Source: Bacteroidota bacterium
GTDB taxonomy: Bacteria; Bacteroidota; Bacteroidia; B-17B0; Aurantibacillaceae
NCBI GenBank assembly: GCA_021156365.1
Contig: JAJNDK010000004.1
Coordinates: forward strand, 255,137 to 319,136
Length of the DNA stretch: 64,000 nt
Reading direction: 5' to 3'
The position numbers and the translations under genes are program-made. Under the pieces are notes generated by a model. The model was not told the DNA's origin and did not search any database. It worked only from the letters and a program-made list of their open reading frames with translations. Shown here piece after piece: positions 37,575 through 44,554 of the stretch; position 1 is the first letter of the stretch; each line of letters opens with the position of its first letter.

Positions 37575-38588
37575 ATGCCCATTAATAAATTAGCCCTTGT
37601 TCGCTACAAAACCATCGACAATTGTTTACAGAACCGTTTTCGCAAATGGACGCTGGACGACCTGATGGAGGCGGTTTCCGAAGCTTTGTATGAATACGAA
37701 GGTATCACCAAAGGCATCAGCCGGAGAACCATACAGCTTGATCTGCAAAACATGCGCAGTGAGAAACTTGGTTACAATGCACCGATCGTAGTAACGGATA
37801 AAAAGTTCTACAGTTACGAAGACAAGCAGTACAGCATCACCAGTATTCCTTTAACAGAACAGGATATGGGCACGTTGAACGAAGTGTTGGGTGTTCTGAA
37901 ACAATTCAAAGGCTTTGGTTATTTCCAGGAACTTACCGGGATGGTAACCAAGCTCGAGGACAAGCTTTATAAGCAACAGCATAAAGGCAAATCATATATC
38001 GATTTTGAAAAAAACGAATTGCTCAAAGGTTTAGAGTTTATTGATCCTTTGCACAAAGCGATCATCAATCGTAAAACGATCGAGATCACTTATCAATCCT
38101 TTAAAGCGAATCAATCACAGCAGATCGTTTTTTATCCTTATCTACTGAAAGAATACCGCAATCGCTGGTTCCTCTTCGGTATGAACAGAAAAGGCAGCTC
38201 AGCGATGATCCTTGCACTGGACCGCATTGAGAAGTTCAAAGAGCTCTCCGAAAAATATGTGAAAGCACCTTTCGATGCGCACATGTTTTTCGATGATGTG
38301 ATCGGTGTAAGTAAAGCGCCCGGACAAAAACCATCAACCATTGTGATGAAGATCGACAAAGAAAATGCACCTTATGTGATCACCAAGCCGATCCATCCTT
38401 CGCAAAAGATCCTGAAGGAAGAACCCGACGGGATCTTATTCAGCATTGATGTTGTCTGGAACTTTGAGCTGGAACGTGAATTGCTTGGCTTCGGTGAGAA
38501 GCTGCACATACTTTCTCCGCGTAGGCTTGCCGGAAAAATACAATCGCGTTTGAAACACACATTACAAAAATATCAAAGAACGGAATAA
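37575..38588 (+). CDS. HTH-WYL-WCX domain transcriptional regulator
   Basis: N-terminal wHTH (LALVRYKTIDNCLQ), WYL signature (IVFYPYLLKEYRNRWFLFGMN), C-terminal WCX-like region. Confidence 0.8.
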   Translation: MPINKLALVRYKTIDNCLQNRFRKWTLDDLMEAVSEALYEYEGITKGISRRTIQLDLQNMRSEKLGYNAPIVVTDKKFYSYEDKQYSITSIPLTEQDMGTLNEVLGVLKQFKGFGYFQELTGMVTKLEDKLYKQQHKGKSYIDFEKNELLKGLEFIDPLHKAIINRKTIEITYQSFKANQSQQIVFYPYLLKEYRNRWFLFGMNRKGSSAMILALDRIEKFKELSEKYVKAPFDAHMFFDDVIGVSKAPGQKPSTIVMKIDKENAPYVITKPIHPSQKILKEEPDGILFSIDVVWNFELERELLGFGEKLHILSPRRLAGKIQSRLKHTLQKYQRTE

Positions 38589-38594
38589 TACGTG

Positions 38595-38670
38595 TCGGGA
38601 AAGCAGGATTTGAACCTGCGAACTCTCGCTTCCAGGGCGAGCGGGGACGGCCTGACTCCCCCATTTCCCG
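38595..38670 (-). tRNA. tRNA-Pro(UGG)-like, C at position 33
   Basis: acceptor CGGGAAA/TTTCCCG (C1:G72 as in bacterial tRNA-Pro), D-arm GGGG-AGTCAGGCCGT-CCCC (11-nt loop), anticodon arm CTCGC-CCTGGAA-GCGAG, T-arm GCAGG-TTCAAAT-CCTGC. Confidence 0.5.
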
Positions 38671-38681
38671 TTTTATCTTTG

Positions 38682-38755
38682 TCGATCAATGAGGACTCGA
38701 ACCTCAAACCTTCTGATTCGTAATCAGGTGCTCTATCCAATTGAGCTATTGATCG
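38682..38755 (-). tRNA. tRNA-Arg(ACG)
   Basis: acceptor CGATCAA/TTGATCG all Watson-Crick, D-arm GCTC..GAGC, anticodon loop TTACGAA, T-arm TGAGG-TTCGAGT-CCTCA. Confidence 0.7.
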
Positions 38756-38756
38756 G

Positions 38757-38832
38757 TGGTGGACAAGGGTGGGATCGAACCACCTTCTCCGGATTTTCAG
38801 TCCGGCGCATAGACCAACTCTGCTACTTGTCC
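38757..38832 (-). tRNA. tRNA-Phe(GAA), CCA encoded
   Basis: acceptor GGACAAG/CTTGTCC, anticodon arm CCGGA-CTGAAAA-TCCGG, T-arm GGTGG-TTCGATC-CCACC, ACCA 3' end; only 1 nt from the preceding gene. Confidence 0.6.
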
Positions 38833-38956
38833 ATTTCATCAACACTTTATGCAAGCCACCTTCCGGATTTTAAAGTGGCTGCTTTTGCCACTTTGAGGTC
38901 GCTATTCGCTCGGTTCAATCCGCTGCATTGACCATCTTTGCTACATTTCCATTTTG

Positions 38957-39029
38957 GGTGAGATAGGGGAATTGAACCCGTATCTGCGGCATCACAAGCC
39001 GATGTGTTGACCATTACACCAATCTCACC
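38957..39029 (-). tRNA. tRNA-His(GUG) with encoded G-1 and C73
   Basis: G-1 plus acceptor GTGAGAT/ATCTCAC, D-arm GTGT-AATGGTCA-ACAC, anticodon arm TCGGC-TTGTGAT-GCCGC, T-loop TTCAATT. Confidence 0.55.
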
Positions 39030-39067
39030 ATGTTTCAATTGTAGCAAAACGTTCGCTGCAATTGTAG

Positions 39068-39143
39068 TCGGGAAGGCTGGATTCGAACCAGCGAACTCCT
39101 GCGTCCAAGGCAGGCGGGGACGACCTGACTCCCCTACTTCCCG
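39068..39143 (-). tRNA. tRNA-Pro(UGG), paralog of 38595-38670
   Basis: acceptor CGGGAAG/CTTCCCG, D-arm GGGG-AGTCAGGTCGT-CCCC, anticodon arm CCTGC-CTTGGAC-GCAGG, T-arm GCTGG-TTCGAAT-CCAGC. Confidence 0.55.
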
Positions 39144-39172
39144 TAGTTTTTTTATCGGTCTACAAACCGAAG

Positions 39173-39267
39173 TGGGAAAGACAGTCACGCTATAGCGTGA
39201 GAACCTGCTAAGCCTTGCGGCGACGGAGTTACAGTCCGTCTCAACTCACCATCGTTGACGCTTTCCC
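39173..39267 (-). ncRNA. tRNA-Tyr(GUA)-like gene with T-arm replaced by a 6-bp/TATA-tetraloop palindromic hairpin
   Basis: acceptor GGGAAAG/CTTTCCC, class-II D-arm TCAA-CGATGGTGAG-TTGA, anticodon arm ACGGA-CTGTAAC-TCCGT, variable arm GCC-GCAA-GGC, then TCACGC-TATA-GCGTGA where the T-arm should be. Confidence 0.4.
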
Positions 39268-39274
39268 ATTTTTG

Positions 39275-39348
39275 TACCCTCTACAGGATTCGAACCTGCA
39301 CTCTCTTGTTTCTAAGACAAGCGCCTTTGCCTGTTTGGCTAAGAGGGC
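39275..39348 (-). tRNA. tRNA-Leu(UAG)-like lacking the long variable arm
   Basis: acceptor GCCCTCT/AGAGGGT, 3-bp D-stem with long D-loop GCC-AAACAGGCAAA-GGC, anticodon arm CTTGT-CTTAGAA-ACAAG, 5-nt variable AGAGT, T-arm GCAGG-TTCGAAT-CCTGT. Confidence 0.45.
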
Positions 39349-39356
39349 ATATTTTG

Positions 39357-39439
39357 CGGAAGGTATAGGAATCGAACCCTGCCCTTGTGGACCGCCCAAG
39401 ATTTCAAGTCTTGTTGTACACCATTGTACGCTACCTTCC
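39357..39439 (-). tRNA. tRNA-Ser(UGA)-like (class II length)
   Basis: acceptor GGAAGGT/ACCTTCC, D-stem GTAC/GTAC, anticodon arm CAAGA-CTTGAAA-TCTTG, long variable region, weak T-stem around TTCGATT. Confidence 0.45.
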
Positions 39440-39440
39440 G

Positions 39441-39535
39441 TTGCGGAGAATTGAGTTCCCGACACTCATCCCGACGATACTGTCAGGACACCATGCTTAG
39501 CAGGCAGGTCCGGGCCCCGCCCGGTTAATTCTCCA
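39441..39535 (-). ncRNA. structured RNA with tRNA-like closing stem (GGAGAAT/ATTCTCC) and no T-loop
   Basis: internal hairpins CCGGGC-GGGG-CCCGG and direct repeat TCGGGA..TCGGGA. Confidence 0.2.
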
Positions 39536-39542
39536 TATGTTG

Positions 39543-39615
39543 TACCCCCTGCAGGATTCGAACCTGCATGCTCTTGTGTCTGAGACAAGCGCCTTTACCG
39601 TTTGGCCAAGAGGGC
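39543..39615 (-). tRNA. tRNA-Leu(CAG)-like lacking the long variable arm (paralog of 39275-39348)
   Basis: acceptor GCCCTCT/AGGGGGT, D-arm GCC-AAACGGTAAA-GGC, anticodon arm CTTGT-CTCAGAC-ACAAG, T-arm GCAGG-TTCGAAT-CCTGC. Confidence 0.45.
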
Positions 39616-39616
39616 G

Positions 39617-39725
39617 TTGGTGGGAGGCAGGATCTTTAACTGTCAGGCGACAGAGTATCCTGCAGACAGACGGTTCTTCCACGCCCATCCGGATCTCCCA
39701 AGTGTTTCGGAAGATCTGCTCCCCG
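39617..39725 (-). ncRNA. ~105-nt structured RNA closed by a 12-bp stem (GGGGAGCAGATC/GATCCTGCCTCCC)
   Basis: internal hairpin CTGTC-AGGC-GACAG; no tRNA motifs. Confidence 0.2.
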
Positions 39726-39735
39726 TATTTTTTTG

Positions 39736-39807
39736 TTGTCAGGGATGGATTCGAACCACCGCTTTCAGAGCCAAATTCTGACGTCCTGCCAATTAGACGA
39801 CCTGACA
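39736..39807 (-). tRNA. tRNA-Gln(UUG)
   Basis: acceptor TGTCAGG/CCTGACA, D-arm GTCT-AATTGGCA-GGAC, anticodon arm TCAGA-ATTTGGC-TCTGA, T-arm GGTGG-TTCGAAT-CCATC. Confidence 0.6.
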
Positions 39808-39817
39808 GTATTTCTTT

Positions 39818-39852
39818 AAAACAAAAAGGCCCGATCTTTTTTAAGGATCGGG
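39818..39852 (-). terminator. rho-independent terminator downstream of the Rnl5-type ligase gene
   Basis: GGCCCGATC..GATCGGGCC 9-bp stem followed by TTTTTGTTTT on the minus strand. Confidence 0.6.
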
Positions 39853-39958
39853 CCTGCGCATATTTATGCACACCAATCCTGGTCAATCATCGTATAGTGA
39901 TTGAAAACTAAACCGAATACTATACGGTCGTTGTCCTGTTTTTATATTTCCGTCTTTT

Positions 39959-40960
39959 TTATTCATCGTATTTGATCAAAAAATCCGGATTGATCGCTTT
40001 GAAGGATACACGACCCTGCAAACTGTATTTGTCTGTCATTTCCTCAACAGGCCTGATAACAATACCTTCGGCGATAGTATCTGCGTGAAGCACCGATCTC
40101 ATTTTGGATTTAGCGATTAGTTTTTCGATATCGCTTTCCAGCATGTAACCTTCCTCCAATACAGGAACCATTTTCAGCTCTAGGTCGTTCAGCAGTTGCT
40201 TTGCTTCCTTCAGTGACAAATAGCTGTAGCTATCGATCGCAAACACGTTGAAGAAATGCACATGCTGACCTTTCAGTTTGTATTTATTCTTCTGAATGCC
40301 TTCACCTATGATCTCGCCCTGCAATGCAATGTTCGAACCCAGTTGTTTCAGCTTTTCTTCCAGCTTATTTTCTACTGCAAACTTCCACATGGAATTGCTT
40401 TCGTCAAACAGCAGATCCAGGTTCCTGGAGCAAACACCGAACTCACCATCTTTGAAGTAGAAAGTAGCTGAACTACCATCTAATTTTTCGGTTACGTAGC
40501 ATGCGATCCCTTCATATTTGTCCAATACCTTCTGCAATACCTGCACCCTGGTCTCATCTGTTTTAGGGATGAAAGAAGGGAACATACCTTTTACCTCGCC
40601 TGCTAAATTCGCAGGAATTGGCGGCTCGAACTTCGTTACGCCTAAGATGTCGGTTACGTCCAGGTCTTCTTCCACCTGTATTCCTTCCGGAAGTACATTT
40701 AATGGAAAGCAGATACCCTGTGAGATCTGGCCACGCAGCCTGATGGTTTTGATCCTGTTGCTTTTTGCACGAACAAATTCAAACTCCGGCTTATCAGGCA
40801 TCACGCTATCGATCTCGCAATACACACAGAGATCATCGATGGCAAAATCACCTTTACGGATCACTAACTGCCAACCCAACACGCTTGCTTTTTCAATGGC
40901 ATCGGCGCCTTCTATCGGCTCTATATTTTTTATCCTTTGTATGGATGCTAATTTTCTCAT
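39959..40960 (-). CDS. ATP-dependent RNA ligase, Rnl5/DraRnl (DRB0094) type: N-terminal OB fold plus nucleotidyltransferase
   Basis: N-terminal OB-like region (MRKLASIQRIKNIEPIEGADAIEKASVLGWQLVIRKGDF), motif I KxDG (TEKLDGSSATFYF); start taken at MRKLAS. Confidence 0.7.
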   Translation of the reverse strand: MRKLASIQRIKNIEPIEGADAIEKASVLGWQLVIRKGDFAIDDLCVYCEIDSVMPDKPEFEFVRAKSNRIKTIRLRGQISQGICFPLNVLPEGIQVEEDLDVTDILGVTKFEPPIPANLAGEVKGMFPSFIPKTDETRVQVLQKVLDKYEGIACYVTEKLDGSSATFYFKDGEFGVCSRNLDLLFDESNSMWKFAVENKLEEKLKQLGSNIALQGEIIGEGIQKNKYKLKGQHVHFFNVFAIDSYSYLSLKEAKQLLNDLELKMVPVLEEGYMLESDIEKLIAKSKMRSVLHADTIAEGIVIRPVEEMTDKYSLQGRVSFKAINPDFLIKYDE

Positions 40961-41097
40961 ATTTACCTCCCTTGTCCTGACATTATCGTCAGGGTTTACC
41001 CCGACACTTGTCGTCGTTAATTTTGTTTTAATTTTCTTTCGCACGGGCTGCACCACCTCTCCCTCTACAGTGCAGCCCCGATCAGCTTTCGATGATA

Positions 41098-41859
41098 CTA
41101 ATTGTTATTTAAGATCCTGTGGCTCAGGAAAGCTCTGTCCTTTGTGAAGATGGGAACTTCTTTACTTACCCATCTGCTCCGGATCGCACCTTCTCTTTCG
41201 TCCCGATAGCTATCGGGATCTTTTTCGATGATCCTCCCTCTTTTGTATTTCGGTGCATAGTCGTTCCAGTTAATACCTTTCTGAAAGATCAGCTCCTGTT
41301 GCTCGTCACTGCTTTTGCCACTCAACTCTTTGTGGCTATACAGAGACTGTGCTACGGAAGCGATACTGTTCCGGGTGGTATCCTGTTGTCTCCAGATGAA
41401 GTAGTTTTCTACTTCTGCTTTGGACGGGATCTGGAACACCCTGCTGTCGAACAATGCTACCTTCTCCGGTCGCAGTTGATTGAACCTTACAGTTGCAAGG
41501 CTTGCAGACACGCTGCAGATCTTCTGGATATTTCCTTCGAACCATGCACTGGTATTGATGTCGTCAAAGTCAGTCAAAAGGATAGAGATCTCATCGGACT
41601 GTACGAAGGCAAACTTTGCACCCTGGATATTCTGGCAGAGATAAGCGGCAGTTTCATCCATGTCGTTTATCAGCTTATCATCGAAGGGTTTTTCCAAACC
41701 CCTGGTATACGTGTGAAAGGCTTTACCATCTACCCGGATCAATGTGTATGTTCTCCGCGGAATGAAGTACCGTGTCCGGTCTTCATAAAACGCTTTCATC
41801 CTGTCACCTAATGTATCTTTCATTTCTTTTTTGTTAACTGTTAGTATTTTCTGAGCCAT
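41098..41859 (-). CDS. Thg1-like protein (tRNA 3'-5' nucleotidyl polymerase)
   Basis: Thg1 catalytic region LIRVDGKAFHTYTRGL...FVQSDEISILL; start uncertain (MAQKIL or MKDTLG); contains an in-frame copy of the palindrome TCCCGATAGCTATCGGGA encoding DPDSYRD. Confidence 0.75.
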   Translation of the reverse strand: MAQKILTVNKKEMKDTLGDRMKAFYEDRTRYFIPRRTYTLIRVDGKAFHTYTRGLEKPFDDKLINDMDETAAYLCQNIQGAKFAFVQSDEISILLTDFDDINTSAWFEGNIQKICSVSASLATVRFNQLRPEKVALFDSRVFQIPSKAEVENYFIWRQQDTTRNSIASVAQSLYSHKELSGKSSDEQQELIFQKGINWNDYAPKYKRGRIIEKDPDSYRDEREGAIRSRWVSKEVPIFTKDRAFLSHRILNNN

Positions 41860-41861
41860 AA

Positions 41862-41895
41862 AAAAACCCGGGCATTTTGCGTGCCCGGGTTTTTC
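41862..41895 (-). terminator. hairpin terminator (CCCGGGCA..TGCCCGGG plus T-run) immediately upstream of the Thg1-like start
   Basis: seen in sequence. Confidence 0.5.
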
Positions 41896-42521
41896 TTGTT
41901 CAAGTGTGTTCACTTAAACCGGGACGCGATGATGCGCAAATAGTCTACTCCCGTTGGCGGGCACTGTTCCGATCTTGTCTGCCTGCCGGCAGATGGATAT
42001 CGAAAGAATGGATCGTGTATATCGTTTTTCGTTCATTTTGTTGTAAAATAAAAAAGGTCCCGAAAATTTTCGGGACCTTTCTGTAATTATTCTGTATTTA
42101 ATAATTACTCCCCGAGCGTGTACAACATGCCTGAAAACCCTTTCGGATCTAGACTGTTATGGCGGTATGTAATTACTAAATTTTGCATTTCTATTGTTTT
42201 GATGATGCAAATATAAACACAAAAAATTACTGAATGCAAATTATTTTGAAAATATTTTTTCCAAATCAAAAAATAAAACAAAGTGCTACCTCCGGATCCA
42301 TTGATAATAAAGGGAAGCATCGTCTTGTTTAAAATGAGTATAAATTTCTGACACTACCGGATTAAATTTTAAGCAAATCCATTTCAGTGATTTGATTTTT
42401 AATGATCGAATCAAAGTGAAAATAATTTCCTTTTTTCATGAAGGTATCGGGTAAAAGGATTAAGAATAGCCTGTAATCAGAAGGCTCCACACACCTGAAT
42501 ATTTTTCAGTACCTTTGAAAT

Positions 42522-42776
42522 ATGGAATTAAAACGCCCCAACAAAAAACTGGAAACGCAAATAAAGCTTGTAGTGAAAGACATGTATTGTCCTGTTCATT
42601 CCAAACAGGCTGTGATAAAAATGGAAAATGAGGAAGAGCCTGTTTCGGTGGAAGCCTGTTGTCCTTTTTTCAAAAAGGATGTGGAGCTTGTTGGCGAGCG
42701 TCTCCGAAAAGATTTTCTTTATAAGGCTGAAAAAACAAGAGAACGATTGGAGCGGGAAAGAAAGCGTGATCTATAA
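42522..42776 (+). CDS. small Cys-containing hypothetical protein
   Basis: 84-aa ORF with CPVH...CCPF; convergent with the retron RT. Confidence 0.25.
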   Translation: MELKRPNKKLETQIKLVVKDMYCPVHSKQAVIKMENEEEPVSVEACCPFFKKDVELVGERLRKDFLYKAEKTRERLERERKRDL

Positions 42777-42784
42777 GACAGTGC

Positions 42785-44296
42785 TTACCAGATTTTCCAC
42801 CAGGGTTTTTTTGTATCTGAGGTGGTTTTCGTTGAAGCACCGATTCCCGCCTGCTTTTTCGGAGCCTCTTTTTCTTTCTGCGCTTTTGATTTGTGAACGA
42901 TTATATGTTTGAAGGCGTTCGCAACAAGGATCTTATTCACACGCTCCAGCATGGGTTTTCCTTTCACCGGATCTACCTGGTAAATAAAGCTTGCGTATCC
43001 TTTGATGGATGCGAGAAGAGTGGTAGAACCATTCCAGTGTTTTCCTGCGATCCCGTCTTTTTCTATCTGGAACAGCAAAGCCCGGAATTTTTTCACCTTA
43101 TCCGATGATACGGATAATTTCTGGTTGACCACAATTCCTGTCACTTCACGTCTTGCTCCTTTTCTCAACACTTTGAATTTGTCCGGGTGCAGCGTGAAAT
43201 TTTCCGCCTTGATGGTCTTTTTCACAAAGCCAATGAATTTCTTGAATTCTTCTTTCTTTTCTTCCGGCGCCGAAAAACTCAGATCATCCGCATAACGTGT
43301 ATATACGAAACCGTATTTTTTGGCAAGACCTGCAAAACGTGCATCCAGTCTCCGGCACAGCAGGTTTGTTATAGCAGGACTTGTAGGCGCACCCTGCGGT
43401 AAAGAGCGATCGCCGCTTTTTACGTAGTATGTTTTTTTATCGAGCTCGATCTCATCTACTTCGGATTCCGTGCAGATCAATGCAAAAATAGTCGCCACCT
43501 GTTCACTGTAACCGATCGCTTTGAAAAAACCTTTTACGCGCGGGTAGTGAATAGATGGAAAAAAATCTTTCAGATCGATATTGATCAGCAGGTTGTTCTG
43601 TAAATGTTCTTTCGCATTACTTACGATCGATCTTTTGGTTACAAAACCGTGAGCAGCAGCATGTACCGGTAGTTTATTTAATATTTCCTGCAGGATCCAG
43701 TGCTGGGCGCTTTTTAGCCTCGGTAACGGAGCGGAGATAGTACGGAAGCCTCCTGTTTTTTTCGGGAGTTGGAATTTTTTGTAATGTGTGATCTCGCTCA
43801 CGACCCTGTTGTAGGCAACGAAACGTAATTCGGAGATACTGATCTGCATGAGTGCAGCCAGTTTTTCTGCACTTTCAATAAGAGGCAGTCCGGATTTTTG
43901 GAGTTTTTCGGTATTAGCTTCGGCGTTGTTTAATCCTGTGGAAACAGCTTCGCCGAGATAGGTAATGTCTTTTTGTTTTTTCTCTTTCCAGGCGGCTGCT
44001 TTTTTCTCGGCTTTTTCTTTGCGCAGGAGTTTGTTCTCCGCCTGTTTTTTTCGTGAGGCTTCCATGCGCGCGGCACGCATGTCTTTCAGTGCAAGGTCCC
44101 TGTTCTGGTAATTGCGCTGTTTCTGCAAAAGCTCATTCAGATCCTTGCGTAAGGAAGCTTCCCGCAGAATGAGTTGTTCCGGCACGGACGCAGCTGCCCC
44201 GTCTTCTTTCCAGAAGCCCAGCTTTTTCATCTCTTCCAGGATCACAGCATCCTTGGTCGAGTTTTTTATCCGGTCGTATATTTCTTGTCTGGTCAC
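42785..44296 (-). CDS. retron-type reverse transcriptase with 170-aa coiled-coil N-terminal extension (GTG start)
   Basis: RT motifs KKTGGFRTISAP, NAKEH (NAxxH), PQGAPTSP, YADD, thumb REVTGIVVN (VTG); Lys/Glu-rich N-terminal coiled coil. Confidence 0.75.
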   Translation of the reverse strand: MTRQEIYDRIKNSTKDAVILEEMKKLGFWKEDGAAASVPEQLILREASLRKDLNELLQKQRNYQNRDLALKDMRAARMEASRKKQAENKLLRKEKAEKKAAAWKEKKQKDITYLGEAVSTGLNNAEANTEKLQKSGLPLIESAEKLAALMQISISELRFVAYNRVVSEITHYKKFQLPKKTGGFRTISAPLPRLKSAQHWILQEILNKLPVHAAAHGFVTKRSIVSNAKEHLQNNLLINIDLKDFFPSIHYPRVKGFFKAIGYSEQVATIFALICTESEVDEIELDKKTYYVKSGDRSLPQGAPTSPAITNLLCRRLDARFAGLAKKYGFVYTRYADDLSFSAPEEKKEEFKKFIGFVKKTIKAENFTLHPDKFKVLRKGARREVTGIVVNQKLSVSSDKVKKFRALLFQIEKDGIAGKHWNGSTTLLASIKGYASFIYQVDPVKGKPMLERVNKILVANAFKHIIVHKSKAQKEKEAPKKQAGIGASTKTTSDTKKPWWKIW

Positions 44297-44304
44297 GTTT
44301 TTTT

Positions 44305-44535
44305 AAAAAATTGGAAGGGCAGGGCTTTCTTCGTTCACTTTGAGGACTGGGTTGGTCAACTCAAGCGGTACGCATCCAGTACGCTATTTCACTTCCGGGA
44401 AGTCTCACCGGAAATGGCGTACTGGATGCAGTACCGCACAGTAAAGAACAGACCAGTGATGCATTACTAATCTGTTGGCATGAACAGCGATCCACTGTTC
44501 GGGTTGCAAGATGTTTGCCTGCGCCTTCCAAAATG
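44305..44535 (-). ncRNA. candidate retron msr/msd non-coding RNA
   Basis: inverted repeats a1 TTGGAAGGCGCAGGCAAAC (44512-44530) and a2 GAAAGCCCTGCCCTTCCAATT (44308-44328) flank a long hairpin GCGGTACTGCATCCAGTACGC...GCGTACTGGATGCGTACCGC (44364-44436); immediately 5' of the RT on the same strand. Confidence 0.5.
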
Positions 44536-44554
44536 TTTTTGTTTTGTAAGTATA

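Noticed and set aside
38840-38935. Plus-strand tRNA suggested by GGTTCAATCC and a terminal CCA
   Set aside because: No acceptor or T-stem pairing could be found. The region instead forms hairpin AAAGTGGC-loop-GCCACTTT and has unknown function.
38138-39911. ORFs 38440-38664, 38573-38854, 38847-39188, 39241-39465, 39497-39886, 39537-39911
   Set aside because: They are translations through GC-rich tRNA stems in the second tRNA array, not proteins.
42105-42320. 71-aa minus-strand ORF
   Set aside because: It lies in an AT-rich intergenic region between two terminators and has low-complexity composition.
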